Assembly: GCA_038087875.1 (NCBI GenBank)
Contig: CM075989.1
Location: 8,124,001 to 8,188,000, forward strand
Length of the DNA stretch: 64,000 bases
Source: Malacoraja senta
Taxonomy: Eukaryota
Direction: 5' to 3'
The position numbers and the translations under genes are program-made. Under the pieces are notes generated by a model, which was not told where the DNA came from, did no database searches, and was given only the letters and a program-made list of their open reading frames with translations. This document shows positions 1 to 12,070 of the stretch, piece by piece; position 1 is the stretch's first letter, and each line of letters opens with the position of its first letter.

Positions 1-620
1 CAGTTGTGATCACTATTCCCAAAATGTACTCCCACTGAAGCACAGGTCGCCTGGCCAGGCTCATTTCTCAACACAAGTCCTTTCTCGTGTTAGACTATCC
101 ACATACTGTTTCAAGAATCCTTTTTGGATAGATCTCACAAATTCTACCCCGTCCAAGCCTTCGGCACTGAGCAAGTCCCAGTCAACCTTGAGAAAGTTTG
201 TCACCCACGAAGACAAACCTGTTGCTTTGGCATCTTATGTTAATGTGTCTACATTTCCATTCTTCTATTTCCCATTTACTACTGGGGGGCCTCTAGTAAA
301 TCCCATTAGAGTGCTTGCACCTCTCTTATTTCTAAGCTCTACCATTGTGACAGTCTCCCTGATTAGTAGTGCAAATCCTCCACCTCTTTTGCCTCCCTCT
401 CAATTACATCCGAAATATCAAAACCGTGGACCATTGAGCTGCCAGTGGAGTCCCTCTCGAAACCACGTTCTTCAATGGCCTCCACACCACAGTCCCAAGC
501 ACTGATCCAGGCACTAAGTTCATCTGCCTTCTTCATAATACTCCTTGCATTGAAATAAATACACTTCAACCCATCAGCGTTACGATATTCCTTCACCTCT
601 CCCTGCCTATCCTTCCTTTA
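1..620 (-). mobile_element. Degenerate CR1-clade LINE, AP-endonuclease region of ORF2
   Basis: Minus strand reads LKCIYFNARSIMKKADELSAWIS (APE N-terminus, ~570-500) and HFGNSDHN (APE C-terminal SDH motif, 26-3), with frameshifts between. Runs off the window edge. Confidence 0.8.
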
Positions 621-710
621 CTGGTCCTAACCTTTACCTTCTCATCACTCCTTCCAATTTCTGGCCTACTACTCCAGTTCCCACCTTTCTGCTAACATTA
701 ACTCTGACAG

Positions 711-824
711 TGACGAGTACTAATGTATGTGGTTGTAATGTAATGTACTTCTAATAAATAAAAAATTAAAAAAAAAAATTAAAAAAAAAATAAATAAATA
801 AAATTAAAAATAAAATTAAAAAAA
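711..824 (+). mobile_element. Extremely 5'-truncated L1-type insertion with poly(A) tail and 17-bp TSD
   Basis: AACATTAACTCTGACAG at 694-710 and 825-841. Body ends aatgtaatgtacttctAATAAATAAAA followed by an A-rich tail, matching the 3' end of the L1 at ~21430-21460 (minus). Confidence 0.85.
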
Positions 825-908
825 AACATTAACTCTGACAGGCTGAGTGCTTCCAATATTTGCTGATTTTATTCAAAGGTCACGTAAAATTCCTGCTTCA
901 ATCCTTCT

Positions 909-1205
909 GGGGCGGCACGGTAGAGTAGCGGTAGAGTTGCTGCCTTACAGCACTAGAGACCCTGGTTCGATCCTGACTCTGGGTGCTGTCAGTACGGACT
1001 TTGTACGTTCTTCCCGTGACAGCGTGTGTTTTCCCCAATTGCTCCGGTTGCCTCCCACATTCCAAAGACGTACAGATTTGTAGGTTAATTGGCTTCAGTA
1101 AAAATCGTTAATTGTCCCTAGTGTGTGTAGGATAGTGCTAGTGTGCGGGGATCGCTGGTCAGCGCAGACCCGGTGGGCCGATAGGCCTGTTTCCTGCACT
1201 GTACT
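909..1205 (+). mobile_element. tRNA-derived V-SINE (HE1-like), near full length
   Basis: Head gggcggcacggt...gcggtag with B-box-like ggttcgatcc, core gctccggttgcctcccacattccaaagacgt, and CR1-like tail ggtgggccgataggcctgtttcc. Confidence 0.85.
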
Positions 1206-2004
1206 GTGTCTCCAGACTCCTGCACCCAGAGTGTGTTTTTTATTGTTGATGTGTTGCCTGAAGTCGTCGCATATATCCTGTAAGCTGGCAATATATCCCG
1301 TATATCCTGGCATATATCCTGTAAGCTGGCTATGTGGCACAGTATTCTTGCAAACAAAAAGAGTTGTGACAAGAGGGATTTTCTTTCTGTTGAGGCCGGA
1401 AAAGTAGCCAGGATTTGCGATCTGCTGTTATCCCCTAACGTGGCCAAGTGAATGGACATTAGACTATGGTGCCTTCTGTGACTGTCTAGCTTGCATTATA
1501 CCAGCACACAGCTGGTTGTCAACTTCATCCACCAAGTGCTGGTGCCTGGGGAAATGCAACACAGATAGCTGTTAAAATTTATAGATGTTTTTAATGGCGC
1601 GATTCAAAGTCTCCCAGACAACAATCAAGGCTTCAATCTCGATTGTTGTTGCCAAGGGAGTGGTAATTGTGAGTTTACTGTAGCTAATGTTCAAGATGAT
1701 TTATATTAATTTAATGCTGGAGTATTTGTCTTTGAACTGAATCCCACTGTGATTAGCGTAAATATAAGCACACTTATAACAGCGTAGAAATGTTACAGCA
1801 CAAAAGATGGACATTCGGCCCATTGACCCTGTACCATCTCCTGGTAGACTAGGTGGGTCAGTACCATTCCCTCTCTCTTTCTCCAAATTATTCACAACCC
1901 TGCTTGATCTTCCTCAACATACTTTACCTGACCCCCCCCATTCACAGATGTCCTCTATTCCTCGTGTGTCTATCCCATTACTAAAGCATCTGCAGGAAAT
2001 TGCG

Positions 2005-2108
2005 TAGGAAGGAACTGCAGACGCTGGTTTATACCGAAGATGGACACAAAATGCTGAGAGAAAAAAGAACAGGTGATGTTTTGGGTCAGAACCCTTCTTC
2101 AGACTGAA
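2005..2108 (-). mobile_element. Penelope-like terminal (pLTR) fragment
   Basis: gtaggaaggaactgcagacgctggttt...acccttcttcagactga, homologous to the Penelope terminus at 14158-14215 and to 34752-34987. Confidence 0.7.
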
Positions 2109-2427
2109 AGGAAATTGTGGCATCTACTGGCCGAATGTGGCACTGCTGATTCTTCAGAACATGGGATACGTCCAAAATTAACTTCAGAGCAGAATGCACT
2201 GGAAGGCAAACATGACTGCAGCAGAGAAATGATCAATTAAAATTTGCTATTGCCATTCTTTCATCATAGTCATCGGGGATCACTTGAAGTCGAGTGTGAT
2301 TGTCCATCTGGTGGGTTCTTTCTGTGGGTCTTGAGACGGCTGAAGAAGCCGATTCTGGAGCCAAAAAAGGGTGGTGGGTGTTTGGAACGAGCTGCCGGAG
2401 GAGATAGTTCAGACAGGGGATATTGCA

Positions 2428-2588
2428 ACCTTTAAGAAACGATTAAACAGGTGCATAGATCGGACAGATTTAAAGGGTTATGGGCCAAACGCAGGCTGGT
2501 GGGACTAGTGTGGATTGGACATGTTGGTCGGTGTGGGCAAGTTGGGACGAAGAGCCTGTTTCCCCGCTGTCTATGACTCTATGACTCA
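2428..2588 (+). mobile_element. CR1-like LINE 3' end
   Basis: ...ggttatgggccaaacgcagg...gggcaagttgggacgaagagcctgtttcc, ending in a short tandem tail (ctatgact)x2. Confidence 0.7.
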
Positions 2589-3699
2589 TAGAGGCTATGG
2601 AATCGTGGTTTAAATATAATTGACATTGTTATATCGTAAGGAAGATCCTTGAGATGTATACTAGACCATTCACAACATCAGAATTTTGAACTGGACAAAT
2701 ACGTTTTTAAGTGTATTTGTGACATATTCTAGCAAAGACTGCAGCCAATTTCTGCACAGCAACATCCTACAGATAGCAGAGATGTGAAGATTAGATCATC
2801 TGTTGTTGGATGATGGGTAAATATTCCCTAGGGCACCATGGAGAGCCCAACAGGTCTACTTTAAAATGGTGGCCATGTGTTCTCCTGAAATGGCAGATCC
2901 CAGTTATCAGCACAACTGAAATAACAATAGATGCAGCAGTACAACCCTCCCCAGTGCTGCTCTCGTTCACCACCCTACCTTACACTCCCAGGTGGGGCTT
3001 AAGATCGAGTGATGCCCATTTATTGACATCAGGCTCTGTTAACAAATGCCTCAAGCCTCTTCATGCGGACCTGCTTTGGATGATGATGCTGGCTCTTCAC
3101 GTTGTCTTTGTCTCTAACACTGTGTATAAATTGCCGCTCTTCCCACTTCCTTTGTTACTAACACAAAACCTGCCATTTCCTTCCCTTCACTGTCTTGCTC
3201 GGCTTAGGCTGGGATTGCCTTTCATCCACTTTAACTGCAGCATCACTGAAAGGTAAGCGATTGCTGAACAAAAGTAAGGTCGGAATAGTGATTGTGGCTG
3301 TTTTTGTGCAGATTTCTAATGTGCCTTGTTGAACCCGCCCAGTGAACTTTTTCAACCTCTATTCAACATCTTCCACTAAAACAGCACAGGGAGCATATTG
3401 GAGCATGCTTATTATTTTTTTTTGAATGAGTATACAGCGATTGCCATTTTGTTCCCTATTCCAGGATTCTCAACATTTTGCTTCTGAGATCTCCCACGTC
3501 TTACAAAAATTCCACACCACAACCCTGATCTCCATTCCATGATCTCCCTAGCCCAACCAAGCACACATGATGACAGCCCTCTCCACATGTCCACCCATTG
3601 AGAAAGGCTCCTAGCACAAGATGTGGAGTGTTTGCCCTTTTGGTCCAGGCCTGCTTCACTCTCTGGCATTCAGCTGAGGTGACACGGAGAAGGCAAGGC

Positions 3700-3965
3700 T
3701 GGAGACATAAGAAACTGCAGATGTTGGAATCTTCGGCTTGAGGCAAAGTGCTGTAGGAACTCAACGGACCAGGCAGAATCTGGGCAGGGAAATGGACAGA
3801 TGGCGTTTCAGGTCAGGACCCTTCTTCAGACTAATTAGACCAGTCTGGAGATGGGCCCCAACACAAAACGTCTAATCAGTTTGAAGAAGGGTCACAACCC
3901 AAAAAAAAACCATCGGCCCATTTCCCTCTACAGACGCTGCCTGACCTATTGAGCTCCTCTGCCAG
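3700..3965. mobile_element. Fold-back (inverted) Penelope-like terminal repeat element
   Basis: Left arm ...gggaaatggacagatggcgtttcaggtcaggacccttcttcagac; right arms ctggagatgggccc.../ttgaagaagggtcacaacccaaaa...catttccctctacagacgctgcctgacc are reverse-complementary to it. Confidence 0.7.
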
Positions 3966-4379
3966 TTTCTTTTCTAAGAAGGAGAGCCTGCCAAGGCTGG
4001 GATAGATTCTGTGATTCATTGCACTGATTCCTTCAGAGCCGCAGGGGACAGGTATAGTCACCTGGATGTCTGGGTTATACCTGAGCCTATCGCCTCATCT
4101 CCTTGTCCACCTTGCACCCGATCGATGGAGAGAAACGTCAGCCAGTGTTCCCACTTCTGATCACTTCATCACGAGCTCTGTGGGAACATGGAGGAGCGTA
4201 GGATCGAGCTTCATCACCTTGACCCTTTTTCCCTCAGCAGGTACAAGTCTCAAAATCCAAACTGTCCAGGGGACACAATGTGGACCAGATGAGTTGCGGG
4301 TCTCATTACAAGTTCCCTCAGAGTCAATTGGCCTGAAAAACAGGAATGGTGTATAACAGACAACCAGAGTGAAACCGAG

Positions 4380-4875
4380 ACACAAGGATCTGCAGACGCT
4401 AGAATTTTGAGTAAAGCTCAAAGTGCTGGAGTAACTCTGCGGGTTAGGCAGCATCTCTGGGTAGTCTCCATCTCAATGGCATGAACATTGAATTCTCTAA
4501 TTTTAGGTAACAACCCCCCCTTTCCACCCCCTCTGCCATTCCTGTGTTTACTGCTCCTCCCTCCCCCCACCCCCACACCCATTTCTCCCACTACCCCCCC
4601 CCCGCCCCCTTTGACTTTACTCCTCTTCCATCTTATCGCACACCCTTTTGTCCCCTTTTCATCTCTAGCCAAATATCTGCCAATGAACCCACCACCCTCA
4701 CCTGTATCCATCTATCTGTCACTTGCCTGGCTTTGTCCTGCCCCTTCCTCTTTTCCAGCTTTCTCCCTCCCTCTACAAACAGGCCGAAGAAGGGTCCCGA
4801 CCCGAAACATTGTCTGCATACGTCCTGCACGGATGCTGCCTGACCCCGCTGAGTTACTCCATCACTTTGTGTTTT
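4380..4875 (+). mobile_element. Penelope-like 3' fragment with a short inverted terminal piece
   Basis: Inverted piece 4380-4460, then the GIY-YIG C-terminal end (ggcatgaacattgaattctctaattttaggtaa, GMNIEFSNFR*), a pyrimidine-rich UTR, and gaagaagggtcccgacccgaaac...gctgagttactcc. Confidence 0.75.
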
Positions 4876-5098
4876 ACCAAAGTGAAATTGTTCAACCAAT
4901 CCTGAATTTCATCCCAGTTCACAAGATGTTCTGATAGAGGGCGAGGAAAGAAGAAAATGGAAGTGAGAGAGAAGGTAGCTGCAAGTTCAGCAGCCATTTC
5001 CCATCAGACCGCAGTGGCCACAGCAGGCTGACTATTCAGGTTTTGGCAGGAGCGAGCTATCTTTGCGTTACCTCCACTAACAATGGCTCTTGTTTCAG

Positions 5099-5195
5099 GT
5101 TTCCGGAGCAGGAAAGTCCAAACATGAGCAAAGTCTTGCGAATCGTTGCGTTTGCTTACCCATATTTCTTTGATAACATCCCGCTGTTCTACAGG
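5099..5195 (+). CDS. PAQR5: PAQR5 (membrane progestin receptor gamma)-like, internal coding exon (third from last)
   Basis: 97-nt exon bounded by tgtttcAG (5097-5098) and GTatg (5196-5197). Encodes (R)FPEQESPNMSKVLRIVAFAYPYFFDNIPLFYR, a typical PAQR5/6 segment. Ends in phase 0, matching the next exon. Earlier exons were not found in the window. Confidence 0.88.
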
Positions 5196-5334
5196 GTATG
5201 TCTACCACTGTGTGGTGTTAGTAATTGTGAGGAATGTTTTCTGTTTGGTGTTTGGTTTCCTTTGCTTCAGGATACACTGCATGTTAGAAAGTACCATCAT
5301 ACCTTGATTCTTTAGAGTTAGTTTAAAAAAAAAG

Positions 5335-5650
5335 TTTTTAGAGATACAGCATGGAAACAGGCCCTTCGGCCCACCAATTCCATGCTGACCATCGATCACC
5401 TGTTCACACTAGTTCTCTGTTATCCCACTTTCTCATCCACTCCATACACACCAGGGACAATTTACAGATAGCCAATTAACCTACAAACCCGGACGTCTTT
5501 GGGATGTGGGAGGAAATCGGAGCACCCGGTGGAAACCCATGCTGTCAAAGGGAGAATGTGCAAACTCCACACAGACAGCATCCGAAGTCAGGATTGAACT
5601 CGGGTCTCCTGCGCAGTGAGGCAGCAGCTCTACCACCTGCGCCACTGTGC
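5335..5650 (-). mobile_element. V-SINE (HE1-like) in a PAQR5 intron
   Basis: Reverse complement of the 909-1205 type, from tagagatacagcatggaaacaggcccttcggccc to ctgcgccactgtgcc. Confidence 0.85.
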
Positions 5651-6637
5651 CACTCTTTCCACAGCTTAAAATTTAAAATCAGAATCAGAATCAGATTTTA
5701 TTCGCCAAGTATGTTTTGCAACATATGAGGAATTTCACTGTGCAGGGGAAAAATTCTCCCCTTTGCTGCAGCAACTAATATTTAGGTGAGGTGCGGGGAA
5801 GATTTTATATCCTTTTACAAAATAAGTATGTTTGCCAACCTTTATTTCCCAATCCATTTGCTCAAAAATCATATTATATGCATTTTATGACATAGGAAGA
5901 GGCCATTCGTCCCCTTGAGTCTGTTCCAGCCCACAGAGCAGATTCCATCAACCTCATTCCCCAACATATTCCCCTGCAACTTATTCTCTCTCTCACCCCT
6001 ATCAGCTCCGTCCTGATTCTCCCACCCACCACCTACATTAAACCCGGCCATTTACCATAACAACAAGCACCCCCATGTTGTAAATTGATTGCAAGTTCAT
6101 GTTTTCAAACTGCATGAATAGCAGGATTGATTCATGCAGTTCTTTGTAAACTGTGAACATGTAATAAAAGCTCCTTGTTAAGGAAAAAACCCAACATAAT
6201 GTTGCCCATTGCCAGGTGTTAAACAGCATCATAACCAGCTGGTGAATTCAGTATCATTGGGAGAACAAGGCAGGAACAAATAATTAAAAGCTGGGATCAA
6301 ACTGTAGCTCTCTGTTAGTTAATGTCTGCCATCCTTTTATTCAATTTGGGACAAAACAAAACAGAGCTTTAATTGTTTGTATATGGATGTACATTGTGGA
6401 ACTAAAATAGACTTACGTACATGTACTATACAGATATATTGATAATTATAGATAGATACGTACATAAAATGTATGCATATTTTAAGATAGATAACAATGG
6501 GGCTTGCAAGCTGCGGACATGGACAATTGCTCTTTTGTGTGTTCACTTGGCTCAGTTACTGTAAGCCTGCCCCAAGGTTATTCTCCACAAGCTGTGGTGC
6601 AACTGATTGTGTTCCTGTCATGTTTCTCTCTGCCCAG

Positions 6638-6782
6638 CTGTTCATTTGCACAGGAGAGGGATGTGCCCACAACGAGACGATTCCTATCCACTACAGACAC
6701 GTGACACTTGCAATGCTGACCGGCTTCTTGTTTGCGACTCACTTACCCGAGCGCCTCGCTCCAGGGACGTTTGACTACATTG
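6638..6782 (+). CDS. PAQR5: PAQR5-like, penultimate coding exon
   Basis: 145-nt exon, acceptor tctctgcccAG (6636-6637), donor GTgag (6783-6784). Encodes LFICTGEGCAHNE...GFLFATHLPERLAPGTFDYI-G, containing the PAQR PERxxPGxFD motif. Ends in phase 1. Confidence 0.92.
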
Positions 6783-7042
6783 GTGAGACCATCAATACCT
6801 CAATCCTGTTCCTCGTGCTGTTACTGACTAGTTACCTACAGATCCAGAAACCAACCTTTACCCAGCCTGAACTTGAGTTTTTTCTAGATTAGTTTAGCTT
6901 ATTACAGTCACGTGCACCACAGTATAGTGTGAAACTTTTTGTTGTGTGCCATCCAGTCAGCTAAAGATTAGACATGATTCTCGGTCAAAGTTTGAGTTTG
7001 CTATTTGTATGTTGACAATATAAACATTAATATCATGTACTA

Positions 7043-7415
7043 TTAATCAATCAATCAAAGACTTTATTGTCATTCAGAAATACACCATTAAATGCAAGTC
7101 TGAACAAAATTTCGCTGCATCTGGCTCCCCGTGCAACATAAAATAACAAAAGGATAAAAGAGATAAAAATATAAAATGGATAAAAAGATGAGATAGATAA
7201 TAGTGGCAGCACATTACATGGAATTCAAGAGTCTGATTGCTCGGGGGAAGAAGCTGTTGCAAAACCTGGCAGTTCTGCTCCTTATACTACGATACCTTTT
7301 GCCCGAGCGCAGCTGAGTGAACAGTCCATGATGGAGATTTGTGGGGTCCTTTATAATACTGTTGGCCTTAGACAAGCAACGTTTGCACGCAATGTCCCCG
7401 ATTGAAGGAAGAGAA
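7043..7415 (-). mobile_element. Rex1/Babar-like LINE 3' fragment
   Basis: Encodes KANSIIKDPTNLHHGLFTQLRSGKRYRSIRSRTARFCNSFFPRAIRLLN*, then gacaataaag and a (ttga)n tail. Confidence 0.75.
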
Positions 7416-7869
7416 GATGCATACCCACAAGGTCCAAAACAGGGGAACATACTAGAAATTTATAATTCAGGTTTCTGGCCTGGACTGATTAAAAACCTTT
7501 GTCAATCTACCCCAATGATCCACCATGGCTGCCTGAAGATCATCCACTGGGTGATGCTCAATTTATGGTCAATTTATGGTGAGGTAGATTGAGCAGATTT
7601 TCACCACCAATTTTCTGGCACCCTTGGTTCCAGAGCTCTGCTGGGTTATCCATTTTGATGGACCAACAGAGGTCACGGCCTCCGAGAGGAGTCGAACGGT
7701 ACAGGGACGGTCTGCCTAGGCTGCCAGGGGGGCCGAGCATTGGTGCTGCCAATCCATCCTTGGAATTGGGCAAAGGAATTCTCCAGGCAAAGTCCATTCT
7801 CTGCCTCCTTAACCCACAACGCTTCCACCAAGCAGTGCTCAACCAGCTGAGTGAGGCTTGTCGGCAATA

Positions 7870-8220
7870 ATCATGTTCATAAGTGATAGGTGCAGAATTA
7901 GGCCATTCGGCCCGCCAAGTCTACTCCGTCATTCAATCATGGCCGATCTATCGTTCCCTCTCAACCCCATTCTCCTGCCTTCTCCCCATAACTCCTGACA
8001 CCCATGCTAATCAAGAATCTATCAAATTCTGCCTTAAAAATACCCATTGACTTGGCCTCCACAGCCTTCTGTGGCAATGAATTCCACAGATTCACCACCC
8101 TCTGACTAAAGAAATTTCCATTATCCTTCCTAAATGCACGTCCTTTTACTCTGAGGCTATGGCCTCTGTTCCTAGACTCTCCCACTGGTGGAAACATCTT
8201 CTCTACATACACTCTATCCT
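7870..8220 (-). mobile_element. CR1-like LINE 3' fragment
   Basis: Encodes KMFPPVGESRNRGHSLRVKG...FFSQRVVNLWNSLPQKAVEA...YGEKAGEWG*, then the gggccgaatggcctaattctgc tail. Confidence 0.88.
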
Positions 8221-8576
8221 GTCTATCAGGAGGAAGTTTCCTTGCTAATCTTTGACCAGAGCCCATGAGAAACGATGAGGTCCAGATTAAGGATTGCTGG
8301 CGTCACTCCTCTCACCAAGAGTAGCGCAGTTCAACCCTCTCTGGTGAATCGGTACTGCTGGCGACATTAGGGTTGGAAAATGTTGCTTTGAGTACGACTT
8401 TGTTAGGTTGATCCTTGACCAATTCATTCAATAAACCAATTGTGCCTATGGGAGATTTAGACACAAACCACTACCTACAATGTCTTTTCACGGATATAAC
8501 ATCAGTGACCTGCTTGCAAGGATACAGGGTGGAGATTGCATGCTTTGTGACAACCTCCTTTCTCAATCTTTTTCAG

Positions 8577-8845
8577 GTCACAGTCATCAACTGTTTCATA
8601 TCTGTGCTGTCATTGGCACCCACTTCCAGATGAAAGCGCTTTTCAAGGACATGACACTGCGCCAAGCTTGGCTTACACTCCATGCACCTTTGCCTTCATT
8701 CATGGACACCATTGGAGCGATCAGCCTTGCCCTCCTGTTGAACCTACTCATCATTGCACTCTTCTCCCTGGGCTTGTACTGGAAACCAAAGACACCTGAA
8801 GTGAAGAGCCAACACTACTACACTGAGAAACTAAAGGTGGATTAG
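8577..8845 (+). CDS. PAQR5: PAQR5-like, last coding exon
   Basis: Acceptor ctttttcAG (8575-8576); the first 2 nt complete the Gly codon. Encodes HSHQLFHICAVIGTHFQ (PAQR/CREST HxxxH motif), a hydrophobic final helix, and ...EKLKVD, stop TAG 8843-8845. Confidence 0.92.
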
Positions 8846-11329
8846 GATGGTGCACCTCTCCTTGGCCTAGCTGAAGAAGAGGCCAAGATTACTGAAGGGG
8901 AAAAGCATTTGGAAAACCGCCTCAGTTGAATACCTTGACTGGTGAAGAGATGAAGTAGACAACTGTTCAAAAGGAATATAATTCCCAAATGAAATGGTGC
9001 CTTTAATGGGTGTACGGTAATCGTCAATATGCTTATGCCTGGTGCTGTGGATATTCTGGTTACACCCTTATGTTATTTATTTTATTGCATTATAAAGTTG
9101 GTCTTGGGATGAGTGCAGGTCGGGTCAGTGGCCTCTGTATCAGTGTCAGTGCCTCTCCGAGCTGCTCCGTTAAAGGAGTTAAAATTTCTCCAGTCTAGGT
9201 CGAATTTAACATTGTGCCTTTGCTCGACAACAAATTTGATTAGGGTATAATATCCGAGATCAGGTTATGAAAGTTTAAGTAAAAGACATGTTTTGGTGTA
9301 GTTGAATCAACAGATGTTCTTGTCAATGTGTGTTCTATGAGGTATTTAAGAACTAATTATCATATAACTCTAAGGAGAACCAGGCAATTATCACTGTCAG
9401 ACTGCAAACTTGAGATAACTGACCACATTTAAAGAGACTGATGTCTTAATTTTCCCTTTACCTGTGGCTTTCGGCCAGGTTTGGCCAGGACCAGATTTGA
9501 TGGAGTCATTTGGAAGAGATAAAACAGGTAGAGGAAGACTGAGAGGTGCAGGGAGGGAATTTCAAGTCTTGGGATCTTAGCGGTTGAAGATACAATGGAG
9601 CTGAAGATTGATTTTCATCAGGAGAGAAGCTTGTTGGAGATGCATCGTGATCCCAAAGGTTTCACATGCCGGAAGAGGTCATGAAATTGGAAGGGGTGAG
9701 CCCATTGGGGAAATTAAAGTGGTGACTGAGAAGTTTAAAACAAATTGAAAAGAAGGTTGATCTGCATCTAACTTATGATATTAATGCTTAAAATTTGCCT
9801 CATGTACCACCTTCCTAGATCTCTGAGGTACTCCTAATGTTTCTTGTTGTTTGTGTTGTTGTACGGGTGCCTTTACTTGACCTTACGGTCCTTAGAGTGA
9901 CCTGCTGTTGTCCAGAACAGATTATTTAATTTAAGGTTACAGTAAGCAATTGTTCTGACTTCCTTGAAGACGGTGGAGGAGAATTCTTCCTTTTGCCTGG
10001 TTACTTTGCTTTTCACATGAAGGATATTGAATATAAAAAGGTTCTGAAAGATCAGGACCATGGTTTATTTGAGCACTGTGACCAGATAAATATCCCCCTA
10101 CCACCAGCTCAGAGGCATCCTTTTGTTTAGAATACCTTTTCTATTTGTATGTTGTGATGTTTAGGTAAAATATATTGACTTACATATTAACTTTCCTTTG
10201 GTGAAGGTAGTCGGTCAAAGTTCAAACTGTAAATAGTTTGTTATCACCAAACTGTACTGTAGTTAGGAGTGGGTGCCTAGGAGTTTATTCAGTGTGGCAC
10301 CAGAAATGGGGACCTTGGTATTAAGGGAAATCTAGATAATCTGTGATTGAGCTCTAGACAGAGAAGATAAGAGGAGATTCAAAAGTCATCAAATGTTATT
10401 TTTTAATCATTCTTTCTTGGTGTGAATATATATGAACAAATGTAGCATTAAAGAATGTCTGTAAAGAAAGGAGGTTCGACAAAAGTAGGCACAAATCTTC
10501 TAAAAATGTTTATGTTGCATCAGGTTAGACAGGAAGATTTAATTGCACCTTTTCCGACTTCTGGAATTTGGAACAGTTGTCATGTAGGAAATACTGTAGT
10601 CATTTACTGTAGCAACTTTATCAACACCAAGCAGAAAGTTAGAAACACTTCACATATCGCTCAATATTTTAACTGAGAATACAATCTATTTACTTTGAAT
10701 GGGAAGTTAGTGTTTCTTAAAAGTGATGAACAAAGCAATTTGACATGTGCACATGAAGGCTTCAGATGCTAATGTCACAAGGTACAGCTCCACTCCACTG
10801 ACATAGGTGAGATCAGCAGAAAGCTAGATTAGATCCCTGCTCCAAACTCAAACCAGTGAGAATCCTGGTGGGAATTGGACCTCAACATATTATATAATAT
10901 TCCATTGAAAGGTCAGGATTTTCATTATAGTACATGATGTAAGTCAAAATCTGTGACAATCTTGTGCGATCAGGAGAGAGTCTGCAGGTCTAATTTCTTT
11001 TAAGCATGCACTAAAGCTTGCATTTTCAATTGCCTAATGTTAAGATCAATCTCTGAAGGTCAAAGCATCCAACCTTCAATGATTGATTATTTTTTTGGTC
11101 GTAAATGTACTTACAGGAAATATCATTTTGCAATGGGTTCCTGGATGTCTTTGGTTGCACCTTACTTAAAACAGATTGAAATGTTGTACTTGTTGTTGAG
11201 ATGATGTTGAAGGGCAGAATGGCTGAAAATGGACCAATGCAGTGAGAGGCACATTCAACATAAAGGATTCAGGATAAGACCTTTTTTTTGCACAAAGAAT
11301 TGTAGAATACATAAGGAGGGATACATAAG

Positions 11330-12070
11330 GAATAAAGGCATAGATTATTTTCTAAATGGGGAGAGAATCCAGAAATTGGCGATGCAAAGGGACTTGGGAG
11401 TGAGTGCTGGTGCAGGATTCCCAAAAAGTTAATCTGCAAGTCGAATCAGTAGTAAATAAAGCATACGCAATACTAGCATTTATTTCGAGAGGGCTTGTAT
11501 ACAAACACTGGGATGTAATGCCGAGGCTCTATAAGGTGCTGGTCAATCAGCATTTGGAATATTGTGAGCAATTTTGGTCACCATATCAGAGGAAGGACGT
11601 GCTAGGTCAGGAGAGGGTCCAGAGGAGGTTTAAAAGATTGGTCTCAGGAATCAGCAGGTTAACCTATAATGAGCGTTTGATGGCACTGGGCCTTTATTCA
11701 CTGGAGTTTAGACGAATGAGGGGGACCTCATTGAAATGTACAGAATAGTAAAAGGCTTGGATAGAGTGGATGTGGAGAGGGTGTTTCCACTAGTGGGAGA
11801 GTCTAGGACTAGAGGTCATAGCTTCAGAATTAAAGGACATTCTTTTAGGAAGGAGATGAGGAGGAATTTCTTTAATTGAAGGGTGGTGAATCTGTGGAAT
11901 TCTTTGCCACAGAAGGCTGTGGATATATTTAAGGCAGAAATAGATATTCTTGATTAGTACGGGTGTCAGAATGGGGTTAGGAGGGAGAGATAGATCAGCC
12001 ACGATTGAATGATGGAGTAACTTGATGGGCTGAATGGCCTAATTCTACTCCTATCTTACGATCTTATGAT
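11330..12070 (+). mobile_element. CR1-like LINE, 5'-truncated and frameshifted
   Basis: QRDLGV...LYKVLVNQHLEYCEQFWSPY...LGLYSLEFRRMRG...; ends gggctgaatggcctaattctactcctatcttacgatcttatga. Confidence 0.88.

Noticed and set aside
909..985. tRNA gene
   Set aside because: The A/B-box-like head continues into a V-SINE core and LINE-type tail, and the unit is repeated many times.
1459..1473. LDYGA-coding stretch resembling an upstream PAQR5 exon motif
   Set aside because: Flanking translation (WPSEWT...FCDCLACII) does not resemble PAQR sequence and no convincing splice sites frame it; treated as chance.
2700..3005. Possible ancient Deu-domain SINE remnant on the minus strand (similar hint near 13640-13820)
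   Set aside because: Resemblance is too degenerate to support without an alignment.
4488..4934. Proline-rich 148-aa ORF
   Set aside because: Translation of the C-rich Penelope 3' UTR.
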